A stretch of 64,000 nucleotides of DNA from Camelus dromedarius. Taxonomy: Eukaryota. The first letter of the stretch is position 1. Every line of letters starts with the position of its first letter. The notes beneath the pieces were generated by a model that was not told where the DNA came from, ran no database searches, and saw only the letters and a program-made list of their open reading frames with translations. Location of the stretch: NCBI RefSeq assembly GCF_036321535.1, contig NC_087436.1, positions 17,980,001 through 18,044,000 on the forward strand. The letters run 5' to 3'. The translations under genes were made by a program, and so were the position numbers. This document shows positions 52,456-64,000 of the stretch, piece by piece.

Positions 52456-54492
52456 AAAGTGCAATCAAATGTGGCAGCAGAACATTTAGATTTAGATTTG
52501 TTTGAAGTGCTTTAAAGCCATCATCGGGGATACTTAAAACTCAAAATATTTATGATTACAGCTCCCAAATATTGAAAGAGCTGACCTGTGCCTAATTTAA
52601 CTAGCATCTCCCAGATCAGAGCTTTGATCATGACTAAGGTCAGATGTTATTGAAACATGAAGAATTAGGTCCAGAACTTGGAGAATCAAATCAGGAGCAG
52701 GTGCTATGAAGGCAAGTGGAGAGGCAAGGAACCAACAGGGCCAGAGCCAATATGGGATGAAGTGAACATGGGAAATGGAAAGGAAGATGCGCTACGTGTA
52801 TCCACAGTGTTGACCCAGGCAGAAACCAGGCACGTTCCTTCAGTTCAGCCAGCGTCTCTTGGGTACTTACTAAGTCCTAGGCCCTGGGTATGCGCAGCAG
52901 TCCATTCATATTAACAGAAAGGCATGGGGATTCCAGATACCACACTTTTAAAAAATTCTAGACAGTGTGCATTCTTTTTATCCTCTACGATATCTTGAAA
53001 ATTACATATAAAGCAGAAATTATCATAATGCACTTTAGGGATTAACTTTGTCCTTTTCCATGAAACAGCATAAATTGTGGAAAATATCAAATAGAACCGG
53101 GAAAAGAGTTCCTCTTTTACAAAGTTTCTTGCTGTTGAATTCAGTTTACTGGGTAGACAGTTAGAGTTTTCAGGTACTGATAGCTTTTTTTTTTTTTTTA
53201 ACAGACTGAGTAAGTTGTAATTTATAGTCATAACCCACAGGGTGGGGATGGGAACCAAAAAAAGACATGATTTTCATAACAGAAATTAACCTCTATTGAG
53301 CCGTTAATGCATCCTTTATAAAACAAACCAGAAAATTAAAACAGTTTTTAAGTTATTTGAAAAATCTGGCAAATTGTCTTTCCTGTTGTGGCGGGAGAAT
53401 GTCAGAAGTTTAACATAGAAGAGTTTCTCTTCGTTTATGTAAGAAAGCAGAGTAGGCTGTCTATTTTATCTTTACCATAACTTACCATTACAGAAATACT
53501 AATTCTGCTTTTTTTTTTTCACTATCCAATATGACCTGAAATTACAATTTAAAAAGGATAGTCACCTAAAAAGAATATTAGTAGAGATAAAAATCACTGT
53601 TTTCAAAAGAGAATAGATGGGGAAATAATTATGTAATTATAATAATTATACCATTGTTAAGTGTTTTTAGGTACAGAATTCCTTCAATCAGCTTTCCCTT
53701 TAAAATTGTTAAATTAAATGTACTCAACATACCTGATTTGGATTTTTAGAAGATCCTCAGTTGCTAGCCAGACTACAAGAAGAATGTTGCTTTGGATATT
53801 TGTGACTGTGCTTTCAATAAGGATTTTTTTAAGTCAAAAACTTTGATTTATCAGAAGATAACGATAAAGGTTTTTTAAAAATCAACTCTGTGCTATGTAT
53901 TTTTACAGTTACTGAAGTGCAGTTGAGATTTAAATTGAGACATTAGTAAACATTTTTCATATGTAATTTTTTCTTTAGTAGTTGTACCGTGACATCATTC
54001 TGCTCTCCATTCTGTATGATTTGTTTTGGGGAGAACAGTTGCTAAAGAAATGTCATTATGCATAGAGGTGTGTACCTATGTTGTAGCCATGCTGCTTACT
54101 ATAGACCAGGCTCTTTTAAAGTAGAAATTGTTGCCTCTAGAATTCCCAGAAAGGGCTCTCTGCCTTCTTTTATCACGTCCTATGAGGAGATGCCAACCAT
54201 GCTGTTACCTTCAGGTTTCTAGAACACATGGTATGTACCCACTCGTTCTCACTAAATGGCTAATTAAGAAATCAATTGGAAATTAATTCCAGGTAGTGAC
54301 TTATTTTATACAAGTAAATCAAAGGATAAATATTCTTACCACTGTTTAAGATTCTGCTAAGATCATGTAATAAAATAATTCTGTTATATTTAAAATAGAT
54401 CATAATTCCATTTCCTTATGTAGAATTTCCAGCAAAGACAGTATTTCCAGATTGAGCTAATGAAGCTTAATGTTTACTTTAGGTTTGGGTTT

Positions 54493-54720
54493 TGGTTTTT
54501 ATTGTGGTAAAATACACGTAACATAAAATTTACATCTTGCCATTTTTAAATGCACAGTTGAGTGGTATTGAATATATTCTCATGGTTGTGCAGGCATCAC
54601 CACCTGCGATCCTCATAACTCTTTTCATCTTGCTAGGCTGGAATTCTGTATCCAATAAACAATCACACCCCACTCTTCCCTCCCCCTAACCCCTGTGAAT
54701 GACAATTATACTTTGTCTTT
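54493..54720 (-). mobile_element. Older L1M (L1MB-like) 3' end
   Basis: tttattgtggtaaaatacacgtaacataaaatttac...cagttgagtggtattgaatatattc. Confidence 0.7.
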
Positions 54721-54869
54721 ATATGCTTTGTGTTTGTAACATATACTTTTTCTTAATTAGATGGAAACTAGATGATGGCCTCTCATTTTTCAGATCTAGT
54801 GTGGATGCACCCATCATAACCTTAGGACCCTGTGTTCAAATTCTGATGTTGCTGTAGTTCGCGCTGATC

Positions 54870-55245
54870 ACATGAACACTTACCGAATGGGACTGTGAGC
54901 TAGGCACTGAAATGGGCATTTCTTGGTTTTATTTATGAACAGTTTCTGTTGGTGTTAAGTAGTATCTTTTTTGGATGGGGAAGTTAATTCGAGGACTTAA
55001 GCCATTTGTCCACAGTCATGCAGTGAATGACAGAGGTAGGAGTTGCAGGCAGGTCTTCTTGACTCCAGACTCTGTTCAGTTCTACAGGTGGCTCTGCTGG
55101 CCCCGAGACCTGAGCCAGTTACCAGCCTCTCCCCGATTCCTAGCTGTTAAATGGAGATGGGTAATACCTCGTGATGTTTTAGCGGTGAGAAGTGATATGT
55201 GCCAATTACCTGGCATGTTGTAAACGTTAACAAAATGATAGCTGT
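54870..55245. mobile_element. Two MIR fragments in opposite orientation
   Basis: Minus copy ~54870-55070 (...tttgtccacagtcatgcag...tgactccaga), plus copy ~55090-55245 (gacctgagccagttaccagcctct...ctgttaaatggagatg). Confidence 0.5.
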
Positions 55246-56256
55246 TCACAGTGCTCTTATTGCTTGTCAGACTGGACAAAGACCACAGCTTATGCAAAGC
55301 TCTCTAAGGGGTTCCTTGATGGATTAGTGTAGAAGATGTCAAGGGGCAATAATTTTATATGTCCGATTCCAATGCCCCTACACACATACTGAATATAAAA
55401 CGTGTATTTGGTGCCAATAAAAGGGCTGTTTTGAATCCTGGTGGGAACAAATACCACTGAAATTAGATGTAGACCTAGGGCAAGTGGCTTTTCCAGTTGT
55501 GCAAACAGCCCTGTTTTATTATCAAATAGGGTGATGGGTGACATTAAAAGCTATAATACTATTTTGTGGAAGAGATTCACTGCATGATATTAGGTGTAGG
55601 CACAGATCAAAAACCCGAAACTGTACTTTTTCTCAAAAGGGTAATTTAAATTCTAACTTAAAACAATTTTACAAAAATTCTGCCCACCTAGGCTTAATAT
55701 GGAAGTGTCCTTTAAAAAAAAAAAACTTTTGGAAGAAAAAGAAGGGAATGCAGTAATTAATAAAAATATTAGACAGTTTCTCTCCCTTCAAGACCAGATC
55801 TGCAGAAACCAAAATACACTGGCAGCCTGTGTTAAGATCATGTGGAATTGCTGCTAAGGAGGAAAACGCAGGGAGACTCACCTCCGTTTCTTCATATACA
55901 GTTACGACAGTAACGGTTTGTGTCTGTATGTGACTTCATACCAGCAAATGCTTGCCATTGAGTGGCTTTGGCAAGGGACCCAGCTGATCAGTGATAAAGC
56001 TTAGACACTCAAACTTGCATCTGACTCCAAAGCCAGTGCCAGTCCCTGACAAAGTAGCTGACACCGTGAGCCTGGAATTTTGGAGGAGAGTGGAAAGAGG
56101 GCGTGCCCCTTGGTTAAAAATTTTGAATTAGATTTAATTTACATCATCCAAAATTATTTATGTAGTCTTCTAGTGGTTTCCCCTGAAAATCCCTGAGATG
56201 CCCACCCATCTCATCCCCAAACCTACAGCTGTTTTGTTTTGTTTTAATGTGTAATG

Positions 56257-56405
56257 GTTTTTTATTTTTTAATTGTAGTACAGTCAGTTTACAGTGTTGT
56301 GTCAATTTCTGGTGTACAGCATAATGCTCAGTCATACATAGACATACATCTATTCCTTTTCATATTCTTCTTCATTATAGGTTACTGCAAGATATTGAAT
56401 ATAGT
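56257..56405 (-). mobile_element. 5'-truncated L1 3'UTR
   Basis: cagtcagttttacagtgttgtgtcaatttctggtgtacagcat..., same family as the 10605 and 44370 copies. Confidence 0.8.
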
Positions 56406-58154
56406 GCTGACTTAGAAGCAAGTATGTACACTAAGATTAAGAGGGTACCATTTACTGAGGATGGTGTTTGTGACACTAGCCCCTTAAACCAAGGAAGTCA
56501 ATAAATGTCTCAGGATAGGACTCTGGTCTCCATCTGTCAAGGGGGTAGTTTTGTCAGGAATTAACTGCCAGCTCCACCTATACCTGTGGTCTGACCCTGT
56601 AGGTACACGTCAGCAAGAATTCACTGTGATATAAACCCCTTCTCTAACGTCCATGACTATCTCTCAAACCAATCCGTCATAATAACTCTGTACCCAATGC
56701 CAGTTATAAGTGCTCTAACCACAAGAAACTTTTCAGTTGCAGAAATTACAACAGTAATCATACAGTACTCTTCTTCAATAAACTGGTACCAACGTCACAC
56801 TTGGCACACATTTAAATCATCAGATGATTTGCATTCCAAGACTTCCAAATGCTCTACTTCACCGTAAGAAGTCAGAATGGCTTCATATTTTCAATTATGA
56901 ATATGTCATTGTCGACTCTTTGGACATATTTAGTGCCAGGGGGAGCGAGTTAGGATTACTGTTGGGAACCATTCAAGTGTGCCCCCTTTAAAGAGAGCCC
57001 GCTATGTGGAAGTCTGTATTCGTTGACCTGAAAATGACATAAATGATAAGCGAGGCTTCGGTTGGTATAGGTTATTCCTCAGTGTGTAAGGAGGTGCCTA
57101 GAGCCCTAGAAATCCAGGGAGACAGGTCTGGTCTCAAGCAGAACTCAGGGTACTAAGTGGATCCTAGAAATCCTTTTTAAAACTAATCACTGAGGCAGTT
57201 AAATGAAGTCAAATTAACTGTGCTCTCAGTTCTTTTTTGTAATGGTAATCAACTTATTAGTGGTACTTGAGAGATCCTGTTTATCATGGGGCTGTTATTT
57301 CTCAGATGTTTAAAAAAAAAAAAGCCTGTATAGAAGGAAACAGCCAACTACCTATTTTTTTAAATGAAAAAAAATCTGGATAAATCATGCTACCTAAAAT
57401 GGTAACCTTTTTGCAACCAATTTATGTTTCTGATTTTATTAGGATCATTTTAATAGTATTTCATTTATGCCTTAAGTTAGTCTCATTGAGTAGACATAAC
57501 ATTTCTGATTGGGCAAAATATTTTGGAAAATTAAATATTTGAAGCTCAATGTGATTCACTTACATTTTCAGCTTCTTGTATGTTGGCATTATTTCTCTTT
57601 ACTTTGTAACAGACTTCAAACTTCTCATCCTAGAGGAGAGTTGATCTGATGATAAAATCGCATTGATTAACCAGCTTTTTAACAAGTAGTCTTTTCTCCT
57701 GATCATATAAGAAAATATTTTCTTTAAAATTTTAGGGAAAAAAAGACGAGGAATTCAGAAAATAGCTATGCTTTGAGCATAGCAGGAAATTAGATGAGAG
57801 CCAATTGGTGTTATGTTTGCTTTACTGTGCAATAAAGGCAGGGCCCGCAATCATGAAAAATATATGTGTCAGGGACTCTTCCTAAAAATGGAGAGAGAAT
57901 GCTTCCAAGATTTTTTTCTGACACGTGGGAAACTATGTATTTCCTTATACTTTTTATATTTGATTTGTTTCTAGACTAAGAGTTCTGAATCAAATGAGGA
58001 TTTTAATTTTAAGAAATGTTGCTAGATTTCTTTCCAAAAGATTGAAATAATTCACATTTCCACCAGTCGCGTATTTTAGTACCCTTCCTCCATCCCCGCC
58101 AGCAGCGGGCACCACCGTGCTACTTTGTGCTAGTTCGGTAAGTGCACGTCGTTA

Positions 58155-58450
58155 CTTTTTTTTGGTAAACCTTGGTAAGATACACATAACATAAATTTTG
58201 CCATCTTAAGGGTACAGTTCGGCAGCATTAAGTACATTCGCATTGTTGTTCAGCCATCGCCAACCTGTATCTCAACTCTTCGTCTTTCCCTGCTGAAACT
58301 CTGCCCACTAAATACGAAGTCCCCATTTCTCTCCCCCATCCCCTGCCAGCCGGCACGCTCCTTCCTGTCTCTAGGCATTTGACCCTTCTGGAATCATACA
58401 GTATTTGTCCTTTTGTGGCTGCCCTATTTCACTTAGCATAACGTTCTCAA
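58155..58450 (-). mobile_element. Older L1M (L1MB-like) 3' end
   Basis: ggtaagatacacataacataaattttgccatctta...ggaatcatacagtatttgtccttttgtggctg..tatttcacttagcataacg. Confidence 0.72.
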
Positions 58451-59689
58451 TAAAAATACGTTTTGATGGTGAAAGATAGCTCCTCAGGGCATGAGCGGCG
58501 CTTCCTGACGGCTTAGTCCCATGCGTCTGCGCAGTTGCCGTGGTGCCTTTCACGCGCTAGGAACTTGGAGCTCGCAGCAGGCTCTTGACATCCTCTGTCC
58601 ACTCCTGGCCCTGCTCTCACTAGTCTCAACCAGAGACTCTCTCCCTTTGGCAGAAGACAAGACATTTAGAAACTGGTTTCCAACAGATAGGTCCGTGTTG
58701 TACTTCTGACGCACAGCCAGGTGCGTTTCTCCTCAGTGGACCATCTTCGCCAGTGTCTCCGTCAGCAACATCCTCACCATGAAAAAAAGAACAGCCCTTA
58801 CTCACTCTACAGCAGATTGGGATGAACAGTAAATGTTTCCTGAAAGAACGTGAAGAGAAGGTTCAAGAAGAGCATGAAGAAATATTGAATACAAAACCTG
58901 CAAAACAGTAGGATGCATTTGTGAAGCCTACGCATGATCAAATAATGCAGCAGTATGGAGAACAGCCTGCTAGTTATGTTTCAGGAATCACGTTTTCTGC
59001 ATTTGTGGGCTGCCTTGTTCCTTGTTGAGTTGTTGCAAGGGGTCCCAGTTAATGACATGCAGCAACTCCAGTACCTTGCTGTGAATACAGGTTGTTTCAA
59101 GCTTTCGTTGGGGACAACCAATCTTAGGCAGCAGTTTCCCATTTTGGAAACTTCTCTGATGTCAGTACCACCCGGATATGGAACTTGGCTGCCTGTGTGA
59201 AGGCCAGTAGCCTCATTTGCTGTATAATGACAATCTGGCTTCTTACATTAATATATCTGAAGAGGATTAAAGCTGGTCTTCTAAGAACATGCCATTCACT
59301 GGTTGTGTAAATAAAACTGTAGAATGACAAAAATAAAATAAAAGAGACGGACTTGGATGCCCTCCAAGGTGGGGAGATAAACAGTGTGTCAGCAGTCAGG
59401 TGAAGGAAGAGGCAGGACCCAGTGCTTAACTAAAGACTCCACACCTTGCAGAAGGCCTGCGGGTCCCAAATGTCATGGACCATGTTGCCCAAACTCATCT
59501 TTGCCTGTCTGAGAGCCTGGCCTTCAGTGAAAAGTGCATGACATTTAATGGTGTTGCAGAAACACCACCTTGACTGGCTCACTGTGCAGGAAGAGTGGCA
59601 CCGGGTAGCAGATAACAGGCAAGCAGATGAACCAACCTAGAATTTGTGCATCTCCTTGGCTTTGCTTTTCAACCTTCCTTAAAATTCCT

Positions 59690-60125
59690 CGGTGTGATAC
59701 AGGAGCTTTGAAACCTGCCTTCCTCCTAAGCTGCATCACTTCCCACTCCAGCCTCAGGATCTACTCCTGGGCCGCACTCAGCTCATGAAAGCATCCATCC
59801 CTCCCAGGTGTGTGTCTGCTGCCTGGCCCACTCCAGGGCCTTTACCCACATCTGTTTAATCCTCTTTTATCCTCCCTCTCTCTGATCTGTGCCAGCTGGT
59901 CCCTCCCAGGGCTTCAGTTCTCTGTTAGAGGTGGCTGCCTCGGAAGGCTTCCTTGACTCTGGTGTGTCCCGCGACACCTGAGCTTGTGCCATCACAGGTC
60001 GTAAAATGGCCTGTTTCTGTCTTCCCGCCACACTGCCAAGAGCAGGAGTGTGCCTGCTCTCGTCTTTTATTCCTACAAGTAATAGCACAGTGCCTAGTGC
60101 CCTGTGGGGGCATGAATAAATGATC
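59690..60125 (+). mobile_element. L2 fragment
   Basis: ccagggcctttac..., cctcggaaggcttccttgact, tagcacagtgcctagtgccctgtgggggcatgaataaatg. Confidence 0.55.
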
Positions 60126-60304
60126 TGGAAACCTCAATACTAAGGTCTCGTCAAAGTCATGGATAGTTTTTTAATGTGTGCCTTGTATCAGATCTTGGAA
60201 AATACAATATTTAAAAATTTAACTATGGGAGAAAAATGGAAGCTTATTATCTCTTGAACTGGGTGGGTCTCTGCAGTGCACTGTAATTCAACATCTGATT
60301 ATGA

Positions 60305-60436
60305 TTTTTTGATGCAATTTATTAATTGAAGTAGTCAGTTACAATGTGTCAATTTCTAGTGCATAGCATGATGTTTCAGTCATATATACATACATATATT
60401 CATTTTCATGATAGGTTATTACAAGATATTGAATAT
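60305..60436 (-). mobile_element. 5'-truncated L1 3'UTR
   Basis: attgaagtagtcagttacaatgtgtcaatttctagtgcatagcat...ttacaagatattgaata. Confidence 0.75.
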
Positions 60437-60471
60437 TTATATCTATTACTGTTTTTGAATTGTCCTCACAC

Positions 60472-60559
60472 TTTTTTTTAAAATTGAGGTACTGGGGATT
60501 GAACCCAGGACCTTGTGCATGCTGAGCACACACTCTGCCAGTGAGCTATACCCACCCCC
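60472..60559 (-). mobile_element. tRNA-derived SINE (Vic-1-like)
   Basis: Reverse complement of the same family: gaggtactggggattgaacccaggacc...gagctataccc. Confidence 0.85.
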
Positions 60560-62306
60560 TCATGCTTTTGATAGCTTACTTCAGTTATATTATGGTGTTG
60601 GTTTTCTTGACCTCTCCTTTGTCTGGCAGAATGACTTCTTTTGATGCCGGTGTTGGTGGTAGGGATTTGCTCAAATTCCTCGCATTCTTATGGATGACAT
60701 TAAGAAACTAAACTCATTTTTAACTTACAGGATCAGTCCAGTGGTAAAATTCAGCTGATGGAAAACATTATTTTGGCTTTGGGAAACAGGTATCAGAGAG
60801 AAATTTGAGTGTCATTTCCACCTGGGACTGTATAGTCTTTCCTGCCGAGGGGCTTTTTAAGTGGCTAAGCAGTGCCTCCTCCCTCATCGGGGTCCTAGTA
60901 CTCAACGTACCAGATGAGGATGCCTGAATGTTGATACTTTTGCAAATAGAGTTTGTAATTTTAGACAAACATTTAAAATAATAATTTAAAATAGCAGTAA
61001 TGGTATTGATCAGTTAGGGAAAGGGAAAAATGTGTTTGATGGTTTCCTCAGACAGTTTGTTCTAAATATTAGTTGAAAAGTTTATACTGAGATTTCTCAT
61101 TTGAGATCCTCAGAATGTACATAAATTTCTCCTTGTGATATTTTGTATAAATGGAGTAAACTGTCAGAACCCATATTTAACCCATGTTTAATCTTAGTAT
61201 CAGAGTATTTAAATGAATGATGCTAACAGATTTGGAAGTTCATTGGAAATAGTTTTAGCAAGTATACTGCTTGTTTCCTGACAGGGAAATTCACATTGCT
61301 TTTACTCACCTATTATAAACAATTTTGGCTTCACAAAAGAAAAATATCACACTATTCTACTCTATAAAGTGTATCAACTTTGTGCATTAGTATTCTTAAC
61401 TTGAGTTTTAATACCATGTATTTTATTCTGTAATTTAATTTTTAAATATAAATCATTTTGACTTCTGCATAAAGAGCAACAGGAAAAAATTTCCCATTTT
61501 GTTTTTGGGCAGTGCTCCAACTTCTAAAGTTATTGAAGTGCTGCAGAATGTAAATTCATCTAGTCGGACTAATAAGTTCATAAAATTGTGTCACACTTCA
61601 TTATAATCACTTTACCAAAGTAGAAAAGCCTTTTGGTTTATAAATTCCAGCTGTTTTTAATCTTTTAGTTTGATTTGGGTCTTAACATTTGTGGACATAA
61701 GTGCTGCTGAGAATTTTAATTATGATATTTTTAGGGTGAGGAGACCGTAAAAGAAATTGAAATGTTATTCAAATTCTAGGGCTACCCAAATGAGGTAAAT
61801 GTGGGGAACACCTCCAAGTTTACTTTTAGTTTCTATTTTGGATTTCTAATTTAAATGTACACTCTGAGTCTCAAAATTGTTGTTTTTGGCAATATTTCTT
61901 AAACGATTAAATTATCCAATTGGAAAGTGAAAGTATCCTCCCTAGAATTGGAATGTTGTTTTCAAAATTTCACCACTGGGTGATTGTCCTAATTCTCATT
62001 TGATAAACTATAATCTATTTTACTATATTCAATACTGTTCATTGAATTTCATATTTCAGTGGTATTTGATATCTATATTATACATACAAAGATAAGGATG
62101 TTAAAGGTACAAATGTAAAATATCAGAGTCAAGGGATGGGATTTAAAAAGAGACCCTTTTAGCTTCTCCCTGCTGACGGCTAAAGTGTCCCAAAGGCAAA
62201 AGCTTGAGACTAACTATTGGAGACTTCATTACAGCCCACAAAGAATTGAGAACTGTAGCAAAATTCCATTAATTTTCAGTGATTTTACAGTGAGTTGCTT
62301 ATAACG

Positions 62307-62404
62307 AGGGTGAGCATGTGTCCCAGTTTGCCTGGGATAGTTTGGGGTGAAGCCTGTTGTCTTGGTGGCATTTTTTATAGCTTCTCCTTTCACACTCAAA
62401 AGTG
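62307..62404. mobile_element. MER94-like hAT-Blackjack MITE, partial
   Basis: agggtgagcatgtgtcccagtttgcctgggatag...gcctgttgtc...cctttcacactcaaaagtg. Confidence 0.65.
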
Positions 62405-63024
62405 TTTCAATAATAATCCTTAAAAAAAAAAATCCAGCAACACAAACAAATGATGTGAGGAAACCTGTAGCATGTTCTATAGCAAAGCAGCATTAATAGA
62501 ATAAGGTTACATTTTAAATTTTAATAATGAATTTTTCCCACTAGTATGTATAGTATTGCTTTGACATTTTATTATTTTTTTAGCGTGTCAGGCTAGTAAA
62601 TGATATGACTACTCTACATATGATGCATTATAATTGTGACCACAAGTGTCTAGCTATGTACCACACTTCCCCAAAATTGTTTGACTTTTTTAAATGCTCA
62701 GAACTTAATAAAATATGAGTATTATTCCTGATTGTTAAATCATCTTTACTATATTTATAGTATCTCTAAACCTTCAAATAACTTTTCTGTGATTTTATTT
62801 TTAAGGCATACCCATTGCTAGTTCTGTATATTAATGGTACACATCCAAAGTGAATTATTCTAATATTAAGTTACCATTTCACCTCTATGAAAAGCCTGTA
62901 AGATTTCATTAGCTGCATCAACCATTCCTTTTCAGCTGAGACTGGAGATTTGAAAAGCAGAGCGCAAATGCTGATTCCTAGAGCAGACAGGAACACAGAA
63001 ATATTTATACAGAAATGCATATTG

Positions 63025-63157
63025 AGGGGTAAGGATATAGCTCAAGTGGTAGAGTGCATGCTTATTTAGCATGCGTGAGGTCCTGGTTCAATCCCCAATA
63101 CCTTATCTAAAAATAAGTAAATAACTAAACCTAATGACTACCCCCCCCCCAAAAAAA
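63025..63157 (+). mobile_element. tRNA-derived SINE (Vic-1-like, longer tail)
   Basis: A and B boxes; perfect 14-bp TSD agaaatgcatattg at 63011-63024 and 63158-63171. Confidence 0.88.
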
Positions 63158-63769
63158 AGAAATGCATATTGGAAGCCACTGTTAGCTGGGTGGTAATTTA
63201 CCTCAGCCTCTACGGTCTGGGCAGGGACGATGGTGGGGCAGTGCGCAACTGGTCTACCTCATAGTACAGTCCTATTCAGGCCTCCTGTAGTGTATTCAAT
63301 TTTTCCCATTTCCTGAAGAGAGGGAATGATAAATTATATTCTGCTCTTCCCAAGGTGACCTGAGGTGGGGTGGGGGTGGGGGTGGAACCCTCCCCAGAGC
63401 TGCCCTAGTCTAGTCTTAGAAACACAGAAGAGTCGATTCAGGTCTCGTGTTTGCCCACCACTGCTGGTTGTGGCCGTCTGCCAACTGAGAGGTTATATGC
63501 AAAAGGGGAAGAACGTGTATTTCGTCCTCATAACTTGGCAAGGAGGAAATATGTTGGTAAAAATGGAGGAAAAAGGATAGTGTTAGTCTCAAAATCCAGT
63601 TGCTGATAGATACTGCTTTTTTGGGACTACTAGTATTTCAAGAAGAGAAAAAAAAAGCATGATTCTAAAACATAGCTAAGCTCCTACACTAACCATCGTT
63701 TAAGGAGAACTTTGTTTCACGACAACAACAACAACAAAATACTCCCCAAGTCCCCCCCAAAAAAAGTTC

Positions 63770-63912
63770 TCCTGGTTTAAAATTAAATCATTGTTCTGGT
63801 GGTCGTGCAACTGTACAAACTAAAAATCAATGAATGTGCACTTTCAGTGGGTGAATTGTGTGGATATAAATTATACCTCAGTGAAGCAGTTGAAAGTAAA
63901 AAAAAAAAAAAA
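63770..63912 (+). mobile_element. Old L1M 3' end with poly(A)
   Basis: gcactttcagtgggtgaattgtgtggatataaattatacctcagtgaagc followed by an A-tract. Confidence 0.6.
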
Positions 63913-64000
63913 TTTCAGGGTGGTTTTGTTGTTATCTTTAAAAAAATCCACTGAACCATTCTGTTTTTAGCTCTTTATATTTTTAAATAAATATTTTTTA

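Overview
Mammalian genomic DNA, probably camelid (inferred from Vic-1-like tRNA-derived SINEs). The whole window appears to lie inside the mineralocorticoid receptor gene NR3C2 on the + strand. The only host exon I can support is the 140-bp exon 3 (32516-32655), which encodes the first zinc finger ([31 protein letters not shown]) and keeps the alternative +12-nt donor of the MR+4 (KCSW) isoform. The rest is intron 2 and intron 3. About 1.1 kb downstream of the exon is a full-length, young, antisense LINE-1 (33759-40816) with a 16-bp TSD, an intact YY1 site and only about 5 inactivating lesions. Its 5'UTR carries a 396-codon ORF on the gene-sense strand that runs out into flanking DNA. Other content: a piggyBac (Looper-like) fossil with nested MLT1 LTRs, many 5'-truncated L1 ends (two with twin-priming inversions), SINEs, MIR, L2, MADE2, MER94, microsatellites and several local duplications. 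I found no convincing new biological system; the best speculative candidate is the L1 antisense ORF/promoter pointing into the downstream NR3C2 exons. Repeat family names come from recalled consensus sequences, not a database search, and boundaries of old repeats are approximate.
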